This document shows positions 17,811-26,900 of a stretch of 64,000 bases of DNA, piece by piece. Numbering within the stretch: the first letter of the stretch is position 1; each line of letters starts with the position of its first letter. The DNA lies in contig DRGK01000012.1 in assembly GCA_011050075.1 (NCBI GenBank), positions 771 to 64,770 on the forward strand, read 5' to 3'. The notes under the pieces were generated by a model. The model was given only the letters and a program-made list of their open reading frames with translations. It did no database searches and was not told the DNA's origin. The position numbers and the translations under genes are program-made. Source of the DNA: Candidatus Jorgensenbacteria bacterium (lineage in GTDB: Bacteria > Patescibacteriota > Minisyncoccia > UBA6257 > GWB1-50-10).

Positions 17811-18365
17811 ATGCAGCCATCACAACACATAAAGCGCCAACGATCAGCAGGGTTTATTCTATACCGCACGGTACGTGAAGGTGTGCTGTTTCTTCTGTTG
17901 TTTCATAGTGGTAAGTACTGGAACTTTCCAAAGGGTAAAATAGAGAACGAAAAAGAAAATGTGTGGGACACGGCGATCAGAGAAATTGAAGAGGAAACAG
18001 GATTAACTAAACAGAGTCTTTATTTTAGGAGAGGATTTAAAACAACCGAGCAGTACACATTCACTGAACGCAAGCAAAAAATTACTAAACACGTTACGTA
18101 TTTCCTCGCGGAGTCAAAAAAGACAAATATCATCATCAGCCCGCGCGAACACCGCGGGTATGGCTGGTTCACGTATCGAGAGGCAATTGGTTTTTTAAAA
18201 CACAAGAATGCCCGCAGGAATCTAAAAGAAGCATATGACTTTATTCAAAAGACAGGTGTACGCCGTCGTCAAGACGGTTCCGCGCGGGAACGTCATCACG
18301 TACGCAAAAGTGGCGCAGCACATAAGCCATCCACACGCCCACCGAGCAGTCGGCAACGCGCTTAA
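17811..18365 (+). CDS. NUDIX hydrolase
   Basis: The Nudix box is GKIENEKENVWDTAIREIEEETGL. The basic C-terminal tail may be read-through of low significance. Confidence 0.7.
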   Translation: MQPSQHIKRQRSAGFILYRTVREGVLFLLLFHSGKYWNFPKGKIENEKENVWDTAIREIEEETGLTKQSLYFRRGFKTTEQYTFTERKQKITKHVTYFLAESKKTNIIISPREHRGYGWFTYREAIGFLKHKNARRNLKEAYDFIQKTGVRRRQDGSARERHHVRKSGAAHKPSTRPPSSRQRA

Positions 18366-18382
18366 ATGGGAGGGTTATATAA

Positions 18383-18730
18383 TTACTTTTTCGCTTCCTC
18401 TACTATCTTCGCAAACACTTCCGGCTCATCTTTCGCAAGACCCGCAAGCACCTTGCGGTCCAGTTCTATATTCCTCTCTTTAAGAATATGTATCAATTCC
18501 CCGTATGTTGTGTCGTTCTGACGCGCACCGGCGTTGATGCGTACGTTCCATAAGCGGCGAAAGTTGCGTTTCTTTTCTTTTCGTCCACGAAACGCATGCA
18601 CATGCGCATGCAGAAGCGCTTCTTTCGCAACACTTTTTTTGTTCTTCCTGCCCCACTTGAATCCTTTCGTTGCTTTCAGCAGCCGCTCCCGTTTTTTGTG
18701 TTTTGTTACTCCTCGTTTAACGCGTGTCAT
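18383..18730 (-). CDS. rplT: 50S ribosomal protein L20
   Basis: MTRVKRGVTKHKKRERLLKATKGF... is the typical L20. Confidence 0.9.
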   Translation of the reverse strand: MTRVKRGVTKHKKRERLLKATKGFKWGRKNKKSVAKEALLHAHVHAFRGRKEKKRNFRRLWNVRINAGARQNDTTYGELIHILKERNIELDRKVLAGLAKDEPEVFAKIVEEAKK

Positions 18731-18731
18731 A

Positions 18732-18905
18732 TTACATTAGTTTCTTTATATCACCCTGGCTCATTGCAAATGAACGTAAGCCTTTGCGGCGATGCCGCTG
18801 AGCTGTTCGTTTATTACTCTTTGTGTGACTGATACCTATCGCTCGGCGCTGCACTTTGCCCCGCTTGGTAAATTTAATACGCTTTGTAATGCTCTTTCTT
18901 GCCAT
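18732..18905 (-). CDS. rpmI: 50S ribosomal protein L35 (57 aa; below the ORF-track size cut-off)
   Basis: Manual translation of the minus strand gives MARKSITKRIKFTKRGKVQRRAIGISHTKSNKRTAQRHRRKGLRSFAMSQGDIKKLM. It sits between infC and rplT as in the canonical operon. Confidence 0.8.
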   Translation of the reverse strand: MARKSITKRIKFTKRGKVQRRAIGISHTKSNKRTAQRHRRKGLRSFAMSQGDIKKLM

Positions 18906-18946
18906 AGATATACACTTCGTAAAGTTCTCGTACTATACACGATTCA

Positions 18947-19450
18947 CTACTTTTTCACAATCTGTGCAGTATATCCCCTGCCACTGTACCGCGGTTGCAT
19001 AGTAATTTCATGCGGGGTCTCTAACATTTCCAAAAAATTGTGCAGCTTCTGCAGACCAAACTGCTTATTCGCCTTCTCACGGCCGCGCATAAAAAGATTT
19101 ATCTCCAACCGATGCCCGCTCTCTAAAAATTTTCGTGCCTGCTGTGCCTTCATCTCTAAATCGTTCTTTGCTGCGCGCGGTGTAATGCGCACATGCTTCA
19201 TGTCTTTTGTTCTCTGCTTCTGCTGCTTTTTCTTTGCTTCCTTTTCCTGCTGGTACCGAAATTTGTCAAAGCTGATGATACGCGCCACCGGCGGCTTCGC
19301 CTGCGGCGCAATCTCCACCAAGTCCAGCCCCTTCTCTTTCGCCAACGCGAGCGCATCTTCTTTTGAGAGAACTCCTATGTTCTCACCCCGCTCATCAATC
19401 ACGCGCAGCTCTGGTGCTGTTATACTGTTGTTTGTTTTGTGTTTAGGAAT
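18947..19450 (-). CDS. infC: Translation initiation factor IF-3. The true start is probably a non-AUG (AUU/AUA) codon upstream of the listed Met
   Basis: IDERGENIGVLSKEDALALAKEKGLDLVEI... is IF-3. The frame stays open upstream (…ITAPELRV) to a TGA at about 19466, with ATT/ATA candidates at 19421-19465. Confidence 0.8.
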   Translation of the reverse strand: MPKHKTNNSITAPELRVIDERGENIGVLSKEDALALAKEKGLDLVEIAPQAKPPVARIISFDKFRYQQEKEAKKKQQKQRTKDMKHVRITPRAAKNDLEMKAQQARKFLESGHRLEINLFMRGREKANKQFGLQKLHNFLEMLETPHEITMQPRYSGRGYTAQIVKK

Positions 19451-19502
19451 AGTGTTTGCAGTAATTCACCCATTAGCATACACAAGAAAGACTGGTTTCG
19501 TC

Positions 19503-19541
19503 AATACAAAAGCCCCTAATAGTTTTTCACCATAAGGGGCT
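19503..19541 (-). terminator. Hairpin terminator downstream of the membrane protein gene, upstream of infC
   Basis: The stem is agcccct / aggggct. A T-tract follows on the minus strand, and a T-run is also present on the plus side. Confidence 0.45.
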
Positions 19542-19562
19542 ATGTACGTTTTTTGTTTGAAG

Positions 19563-20174
19563 TTAGGCACTGAATAGAAGCACTTTGCGCTCGATTCTCA
19601 CAATCAAGTAGATGATCAAAGCAGTTGATGGAATTGCCCTGCCGAGGTATATCCACGAAAAAGTGTCATGTTTTACCCATGCGGGGTAGATAGCACACAT
19701 CATTGCGAAAAATGCCACCACCCAAAGGAATAGGGACTCAGAATTACGTTCTGCGTTCCATAGCCGTTCAGCCGTTGCAAGTATCGCAACAACCGCAACG
19801 AGTTGGACCAGCACGTAAGAAACGAGCGTGTTATTGGTAATCCACCAAAACGGCACGATAGCAACACCGCCAATGAGGCACCATTTCTGGGTCACATCAA
19901 ATGCGATTCGTAGCGTACCACGCCGAAGGTGAGTTACGGTTACTCCAAAGAGGATAGTTACAATATTCACCAATCCTGAAGTCAGCGCGATGTTTCCCGT
20001 CCATGATTTATATGGACTTTCCCAGTACATCCAAAACGACAGACCGAGCATAACCGTCATGAGAATCCACGTCGCAAGAACTGGGTCGGTTTTCCCAATC
20101 CATGCATAGTAAGCATAGAATATCCCGGAAACAATCAAAAGAGCGGCGGTTACAAAAACAGAAACTTCGTACAT
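19563..20174 (-). CDS. Polytopic membrane protein, hypothetical
   Basis: 203 aa with 5-6 hydrophobic helices. Confidence 0.45.
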   Translation of the reverse strand: MYEVSVFVTAALLIVSGIFYAYYAWIGKTDPVLATWILMTVMLGLSFWMYWESPYKSWTGNIALTSGLVNIVTILFGVTVTHLRRGTLRIAFDVTQKWCLIGGVAIVPFWWITNNTLVSYVLVQLVAVVAILATAERLWNAERNSESLFLWVVAFFAMMCAIYPAWVKHDTFSWIYLGRAIPSTALIIYLIVRIERKVLLFSA

Positions 20175-20260
20175 TACGTACTTCCTTCCAATTTTTACTT
20201 ATTTAAACGTAAATGATCTATCTGAAGAATGGCACGTTTTATCAAAATTGTCAATTTACC

Positions 20261-20289
20261 GTTGACGCAGAGACAAGGCTGATGTATTT
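20261..20289 (+). promoter_or_regulatory. Candidate promoter of the dUTPase gene (-35 TTGACG, 17 nt spacer, -10 TATTTT), with an overlapping short palindrome
   Basis: TTGACG at 20261-20266 and TATTTT at 20284-20289. The palindrome TTGTCAAtttaccgTTGACG overlaps the -35. The SD AAAAGGAG precedes the ATG at 20329. Confidence 0.35.
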
Positions 20290-20328
20290 TATATTCAGTA
20301 CACCACAAAATAAAAAAGGAGATGGATA

Positions 20329-20952
20329 ATGGGAGACAACTCTTCTGGTCCCTTCATTCAGATGCACATGCTTCCCGGCGGCATTAAACCCGTACGAAAG
20401 TCCGAGGGAGCGGTCGGGTACGATGTTGCAATCCGGGCAATTGTTTCACCAACAGATATGGATCCGGATAACTCTGTACTAAGAAAGGTGTTATTCGATT
20501 TCAATTCGGTTCCTGATGATCCTGCCGTCGCCGGTCATGTTCATAACCTCGGCAACGAACTAATATACCGGATGGGGCCGAGAGAAACGGTCCTTGTCGG
20601 AATTGGTTTCGTAACCGTCTTACCCATAGATATATTCTACTGGATCACGCCGAGAAGCGGTCTTGCGGGAAAGTACGGTATCACCGTCACGAATGCCCCC
20701 GGAACCGTTGACTCTGACTACCGCGGTGAAGCAGGGGTGCTCGTGATAAACTTGAGAAGTAATGACCACTTCGACCTGAAGTACAAGATGCGCATTGCGC
20801 AGATCATCTTCCAGCATGCGGTACATCCTCAGATTGAGGAAATCGAGAACTACGAAGATCTCGCTGAATCGGTCCGCGGTGCAGGTGGATTCGGATCAAC
20901 CGGTCTCCGCGATGAGGTCCAGCCCCATCAGGTTCTACAGAATAGAAACTAG
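20329..20952 (+). CDS. dut: dUTP diphosphatase / dCTP deaminase-family protein
   Basis: The motifs PRSGLAGKYG and GTVDSDYRGE (dUTPase motif III-like) are present. At 207 aa it is longer than the minimal dUTPase. Confidence 0.65.
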   Translation: MGDNSSGPFIQMHMLPGGIKPVRKSEGAVGYDVAIRAIVSPTDMDPDNSVLRKVLFDFNSVPDDPAVAGHVHNLGNELIYRMGPRETVLVGIGFVTVLPIDIFYWITPRSGLAGKYGITVTNAPGTVDSDYRGEAGVLVINLRSNDHFDLKYKMRIAQIIFQHAVHPQIEEIENYEDLAESVRGAGGFGSTGLRDEVQPHQVLQNRN

Positions 20953-20963
20953 TAAACAATCGC

Positions 20964-21001
20964 AAAGCCGACCGTAGTATATGGTCGGCTTTTTATTTTT
21001 T
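20964..21001. terminator. Bidirectional rho-independent terminator between dut (+) and pabB (-)
   Basis: The hairpin AAGCCGACC…GGTCGGCTT is flanked by AAA and TTTTATTTTTT. Confidence 0.75.
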
Positions 21002-21012
21002 CATAAATAGGA

Positions 21013-22278
21013 TTATATTATACCAAGAAATGATTTGACTTTATCAAGTGTCTCTTGGTACTCATCTTTTTCATTTGAATCATATACTATACCTCCTCCG
21101 ACTTGCAGAAATACTTTGTCTCCTTTCTTGATGAATGTCCGTATCGCGATGTTGAAGTCTAAAGAATCATCGGGGTCAATAAATCCGATACAACCCGTAT
21201 AAATGCCTCGCATGGTCGGTTCCAATTCGTCTATGATTTCCATTGCGCGTTTCTTCGGACAACCAGTAATCGATCCTCCGGGAAACATCGATAGTAGAGC
21301 ATCAACCGATTTCAAATTGCTCAAAACTTTCCCTTTAATATGCGAGTATGTATGCCAAACCGTTGCATAGGGATGAATAATCCTAGAACCAACAACTTGA
21401 ATTGATCCGATTTCTGATATTTTGCCGAGGTCATTTCGTAATAGATCAGTGATCATGTTTAGTTCTGCCGCTTCCTTTGAAGAATTCATCAGCTCATTTT
21501 TCAATATCTCATCTTCTTCAGGGTTTTTGCCGCGGGGGCGTGTACCTTTGATTGGAAATGTTTCAATTGTCCTATCTGAAGATATTTTAATGAATTGTTC
21601 TGGTGAAGCGCTCAGTATCTCAAAATCATCCGCCTCAATATAGGCAATATAGTCGACTTTATTTTTTTCACACATATCAAGGAAAAGTTGGTGCGAACCT
21701 TTCTTTGTTGTTCCTTCTAGACGATGGGTGAGGTTTATTTGATAGATATCACCTTCAATTATGTAATTCTTTATTTTCTTATAACTTTTTGAGTAAGTTT
21801 CCTTATCGATATCGGTTACCAATTCTGATTCTGTCTTAGACACCTTAGAATCATGAGTTACTTTTGATCGCATTAGTAAGTCATTAACTTGAGTAAGATA
21901 AAGCTCTAATGTTTTCTCATCAGCTGCAATTACTTCAATCCCATTCTCTATAAATTTTATATAGCTGCCAAATGAATAGAAAAATATTTCTGGTAACCCA
22001 AGATCATTTTTAGAGTGGGGCCTGATATTAAAAAGAGAATAGCCCAAATCATATGATAGATATCCAAATACACGGTTACCTTTTTCTTGCTCTCCATTAA
22101 CAAAACTGTTAAAACTATTTGTATCTTGACCTGTATATGTATTTATTGGATTCCAAGCTATGAATGGTTGCCAACCCTCAGGGCTGTAACTTCGAGTACA
22201 GCAGATATTTTTCTCTTGATTTGAGAGTCGTAGCCAAATATCTTCAAAAGTAACATTTTTAATAATTCCAGATTTCAT
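21013..22278 (-). CDS. pabB: Chorismate-binding enzyme, aminodeoxychorismate synthase component I / anthranilate synthase I family
   Basis: The C-terminal block is GGSITGCPKKRAMEIIDELEPTMRGIYTGCIGFI. The gene is AT-rich relative to its neighbours. Confidence 0.75.
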   Translation of the reverse strand: MKSGIIKNVTFEDIWLRLSNQEKNICCTRSYSPEGWQPFIAWNPINTYTGQDTNSFNSFVNGEQEKGNRVFGYLSYDLGYSLFNIRPHSKNDLGLPEIFFYSFGSYIKFIENGIEVIAADEKTLELYLTQVNDLLMRSKVTHDSKVSKTESELVTDIDKETYSKSYKKIKNYIIEGDIYQINLTHRLEGTTKKGSHQLFLDMCEKNKVDYIAYIEADDFEILSASPEQFIKISSDRTIETFPIKGTRPRGKNPEEDEILKNELMNSSKEAAELNMITDLLRNDLGKISEIGSIQVVGSRIIHPYATVWHTYSHIKGKVLSNLKSVDALLSMFPGGSITGCPKKRAMEIIDELEPTMRGIYTGCIGFIDPDDSLDFNIAIRTFIKKGDKVFLQVGGGIVYDSNEKDEYQETLDKVKSFLGII

Positions 22279-22838
22279 GATTTTATGGAAAGAAAATTAT
22301 TCATGAGCTTATCACCTCCGTCTGTCATAAATGACTCGGGATGAAACTGAATTCCGTAAAGAGAATATTTCTTATGCTGAATTGCCATTATTTCTTTATC
22401 ATTTGTCCATGCTCTTAGATTAAATTCTTCTGGCACTTTCTCAATCGCAAGAGAATGATAACGAGCAACAAGAAAGGGGTTCTTTATGCCTTCAAATATT
22501 CCTTTTCCACCATGGCTAACCTCAGAAGTTTTTCCATGAAGTACCTCTTTCGCATGGACAACTTTTGTTCCAAATAATTGGCCGATACATTGATGGCCAA
22601 GACATACCCCGAGAATTGGGATGGTTTTATAGAAATGGTTAATAACATCCATTGATACACCAGCGTCTTCTGGTCTCTTTGGACCTGGAGAAATAATTAT
22701 TCTTTCTGGTTTGAGTACCTCAATTTCTTCCAGTGTGATTTCATCATGTTTTTTTACCACTACATCAAATCCCAATCTGCCAATGAGTTGGCAGAGATTA
22801 TAGGTAAATGAGTCATAGTTATCGATAAGTAGAATCAT
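22275..22838 (-). CDS. pabA: Class I glutamine amidotransferase, aminodeoxychorismate/anthranilate synthase component II
   Basis: The N-terminus is MILLIDNYDSFTYNL, the catalytic Cys context is GVCLGHQ and the His-Glu dyad is HPE. There is a 4-nt overlap with pabB. Confidence 0.8.
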   Translation of the reverse strand: MILLIDNYDSFTYNLCQLIGRLGFDVVVKKHDEITLEEIEVLKPERIIISPGPKRPEDAGVSMDVINHFYKTIPILGVCLGHQCIGQLFGTKVVHAKEVLHGKTSEVSHGGKGIFEGIKNPFLVARYHSLAIEKVPEEFNLRAWTNDKEIMAIQHKKYSLYGIQFHPESFMTDGGDKLMNNFLSIKS

Positions 22839-23025
22839 AGAAAAATTTTTTTAGAAGCTCATCAATCAAAACATCGAGAGCTTTAGCTATTCTCTGTTGC
22901 AGATTTTCAGAGTAACCGATATATAAGTTGTTGTCCTTTCCGCTTTCAAGTATGTAAACGTAATACATGGTGTGACTCGTAAAGTAAAATTCTTATAAAT
23001 TTTACCACGAGCCTACCCCGTGATA

Positions 23026-23058
23026 AACAATACTCCTCAATTTTGAGGAGTATTGTTT
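23026..23058 (-). terminator. Hairpin terminator downstream of tmRNA (minus strand); a second hairpin lies at 23066-23090
   Basis: A 14-bp stem aacaatactcctca/tgaggagtattgtt is followed by a T-rich stretch on the minus strand. Confidence 0.5.
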
Positions 23059-23130
23059 GTTGTGGGGCCGAAATACTTTCATATTTCGGCATCCTACAAA
23101 AATATAGTCGCTTCGCTCCTTATTTTTGTG

Positions 23131-23450
23131 GAGGTGGAGGGAATCGAACCCTCGTCCGGAAACTGACTCAAAAACATTCTACGAGTGTGTCTCTTTTACA
23201 CAAAAGAGCAAAGAAATTTGTTTCGTGGTTTTTTCAACCCGGTTCAGCACGAAACGAACCGAACAAGGCGGGTCTCATTATGACGCCGCTACTTTCCTAT
23301 GAGACATCAGAAAACGGCGCGGTACTACGCGTATGCGAGTGCCGGAACTGCTGTTTTGTTGGCAGTTATAAAGTTTTGGTGCGTTTAACGAGTTCACCAG
23401 CTCGACCCGCAGTTTTCAAGACATTATCCCCGTCGAAGCCATGCACCCCC
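23131..23450 (-). ncRNA. ssrA: tmRNA (SsrA)
   Basis: The minus-strand 5' end is GGGGGTGCATGGCTTCGACGGGG and the 3' end is GGACGAGGGTTCGATTCCCTCCACCTCCA (tRNA-like domain). The internal tag reading frame is GCC AAC AAA ACA GCA GTT CCG GCA CTC GCA TAC GCG TAG, giving ANKTAVPALAYA*. smpB is immediately adjacent. Confidence 0.85.
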
Positions 23451-23454
23451 TAAT

Positions 23455-23901
23455 TCATTTTTTAAGATGCCGTCGTATCTCTCGTTCTGTTTCTCTTTTC
23501 TTAATCATTTCCCGCTTATCATACTTCTTTTTTGCCTTACCGAGTCCCAGAGCAATCTTAATCCGCCTGTTTTTACTATACAACTTAAGCGGTATTAACG
23601 TCAACCCGCGTTCTTTTATTTTGCCGGTCAAAACCTTTATCTCCTCCTTTTTTAACAGTAACCGGCGCGTGCGCGTTGAATCATAATCGGAGGGCATATT
23701 CGCCGGCTGATACGGCGGAATTTCCATGTTAAGCAGCCACACTTCTCCGCCACGCACGATAGCATACGCACCAGTCAGGTTCCCGTGCCCGCTTGTTACT
23801 GACTTCACTTCAAACCCCTTCAGCTCAATACCCGCTTCGTAGATATCTGCAATATCGTAGTCAAAACGAGCCCGGCGGTTCTCGCTAAGTGGTTTTGCCA
23901 T
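23455..23901 (-). CDS. smpB: SsrA-binding protein SmpB
   Basis: ARFDYDIADIYEAGIELKGFEVKS... is the typical SmpB, and the C-terminal basic tail is present. Confidence 0.9.
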   Translation of the reverse strand: MAKPLSENRRARFDYDIADIYEAGIELKGFEVKSVTSGHGNLTGAYAIVRGGEVWLLNMEIPPYQPANMPSDYDSTRTRRLLLKKEEIKVLTGKIKERGLTLIPLKLYSKNRRIKIALGLGKAKKKYDKREMIKKRETEREIRRHLKK

Positions 23902-23912
23902 AATGCCGAATA

Positions 23913-26900
23913 TTAACGCTTCTTGAGCGTTAGTTTGATCTCGTAGGGCCCAATGCGCATCTGCCTACTCAACGTATGTATGCGCAACGGCGTGTAGCGA
24001 ACCTCTGATGCGCTTATTTCTTCTTGAATTGTTTTCATATATCTCCGCATCGTGGCATCAAACAACTTTGGTGCATCAATGCCGAGTGCAATACTATCTC
24101 CCGGCTCAAGTTCCGCGTCCTGGCGCATTCGTTGTATGGTCCGTACAAGCTCACGAACCCACCCTTCTTCCTCAAGCTCATGTGTAAGTACGGAATCAAG
24201 CACTACATCCTCTTTCTGGCGGGCATTAAACAGAACCCGCTTCACATTCACCTCTTCACGCAGTATCTCTTGAAGTTCTTTATCCTTCCGTACCATGGGT
24301 GCGCGCTTGATTGAAAGCGATGCAAGCGGCTGACGCACCTTCATGCTGATTAGTTCGCGCTTTGCGAGTCCCGCACGCGCGAGCTCGCGCACCTCTTTCA
24401 TTGCTTTCAAAAGACTTGTATTGCTCAGGCCTTGTTCTTGTTTGGTCCAGTCCTCCAGATGCACCGATTCTTCAAACTCGTAGCCGGTTATTTCTGATGT
24501 AAGTGAACGATACAACGCCTCAGACAAGAACGGCGTAAATGGTGCAATTAATTTACTCACTCCCAGCAACACGTACCCAAGCGTGTAAGATGCGTCCGCA
24601 TGAGCACGCGTGCTTTCCGGTCGCTGAAAACGGCGACGGGAACGACGAATATACCAGCGTGAGAGGTCTTGCACCAGTTCTTCAATGAGACGCGCTGCCC
24701 CCATCACATCATACACATCCAGCTTGCGTGTTGATTCTTGCGTAACCTCTGCAAGCCGCGCAAGGATCCATGTATCCAGAACATGCCGCACCTCTCTTTT
24801 CTGCAGTGAAACACGCTTTGCGCGGTATGTGCGGAAAAATACAAAAGAATTATACAAAAGCATGACAAAGTTCGCAGACACTTTGCGCAGCTCTTTTTCA
24901 TCAAATCGTTTCGGTTCGCCCGGCGCGTTCACGGTATAGAAATACCAGCGCACTACATCAATCCCGAACTTGTCCGCAATCTCCCACGGATCAACCATAT
25001 TACCGCGCGACTTGGACATTTTGCGTCCGTATGAATCAAGCACCAAGCCATGCGAGATAACATTTCTATATGGGCTTTCCTGTTTTAAAAGAACCCCTAT
25101 GGCAAGTAATGAATAAAACCAGCCGCGTGTTTGATCAACACCTTCGGCAATAAAGTCGCCGGGAAAATCTATGCAGTTCTCAGGAGCGGGTATTTGTGCG
25201 CCGCTCTTCTTTATACAAGAGAATGGATAGTGTGCCTGAGCAAACGGCATCGCACCGGAATCAAACCACCCATCAATAACTTCCGGCACGCGCTTCATCT
25301 TCTTGTCGCACGCATTACACGGAAATATTACCGTATCCACATACGGCCTGTGAAAGTCCGCAAACCCCCATTTATTGCGCGGCGCCTGCATATATACAAC
25401 TTCGCGCGATTCACCGGTACCAAAGAAATCATATATTCCCGATTGTTCTTGTTCTTGTTTTACCAGAAGCGTCTGTTCTTCTCCCCAGCTGCGCATCACC
25501 GTCTCCAGCATCCATAGCGGATACTCATGAGAGATAATAAGTATGGTTTTGTTTTTATATTTCTTTTCAATCTCAGTAATTGCTTGGTACGTGCGCTTGG
25601 CTAAATCACGAAGATGTTCCCCTTTCGGAGGACGCTTGCTGAACTTCTCAGTGGGCTTTGCAAAAAACACATGATACTTTTCAGGGCCTCCTCCATGAAA
25701 TGTACCTACGTTAATTTCACGCAGGCGTATGTTAGTTGTAACCGGTATACCCAATGCCTTCCCTATAATCTCTGCTGTCTCCTTCGTTCGGCGAAAATCG
25801 GAAGAAATAATTACGTCAATCTTATCTTTCCGTTTTTTAAAAAGCTTTACTGCCTGTTCTACTTGCACGCGTCCTGCAAGCGTTAGCCCAAACTTATCTT
25901 TGTCTTTCGGGTTGCTGTTAACAATGTTCTTTGTATTGCTCTCCGCAAGCCCGTGCCGCATGAGCACGTACGTACTGCGCGCACCGCCAAGCCGATCACT
26001 GAGTTCGCGGTAGCTGCCTATTACCTCAACCGCATCACAACCAGAACACGTCCAGACAGGCAGTGGCGTTGCCCAGTATCGCTCGCGAGAGAGCGCCCAG
26101 TCTTTTACCTCACGCAGCCATTCGCCAAACCTGCCGTGTTTCGTGTGTTCCGGCACCCAACGCACCTGTTCATTCGCAACCAAAAGTTTTTTGCGCAGTG
26201 CGCTCATTTTAATGAACCATGAATGGCGGGCATAGTAGAGTATCGGCGTATCGCACCGCCAGCAAAACGGGTATTCATGCTCGTACTGTTCTGTTTGTAA
26301 AAGGTTGTTCTGTTTTTTAAGCGTGGCTATAATCTTCTTTTCCGTTTCCTTGTCTTTCACAAAAAGTCCGCGCAACTCCGGTACGTCTTTTGTAAAACGC
26401 CCCGTTTCATCAACGGTGTGGTGCTGCGGCAAACCAACATCAACACCGAGCCGGTAGTCGTCTTCACCATACATCACCGCCGTGTGAACTACGCCGGTGC
26501 CTTCATCAGTAGCAACAAAGTCCGCATGGTACACCCGATACGCCTTATGGTCATTTTGAAACTCTTTAATGATAAAGAGCGGTTCGTAGCGGAGACCCAG
26601 CAAGTCACGGCCGCGTATTTCACGGCCCACACGACCGAAGGTTTCCGCTAGCGGAGAGTTTTTTGCGTATATTAAACGCTCCCCGTTCTTCTCTATTTCT
26701 ATATATGCAATAGTTTCGCCAACAGCAAGCGCCACGTTACCTGGCAAGGTCCATGGAGTTGTGGTCCATGAGAGAATGTATGTATTATTGCCGGATGCTT
26801 TTTTTCCAATCTTCTGCCGCGGCTTCATTTTAAACTTTACATAAACAGAAGTATCGCGCACAGTATTGTATCCTTGTGTCAGTTCGTGTGATGAGAGCGC

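Noticed and set aside
18792-19535. 247-aa plus-strand ORF
   Set aside because: It is antisense to infC and rpmI and has no recognisable features.
23043-23453. 136-aa plus-strand ORF
   Set aside because: It lies entirely within the tmRNA gene and its terminator hairpins on the opposite strand. tmRNA plus adjacent smpB explain the region.
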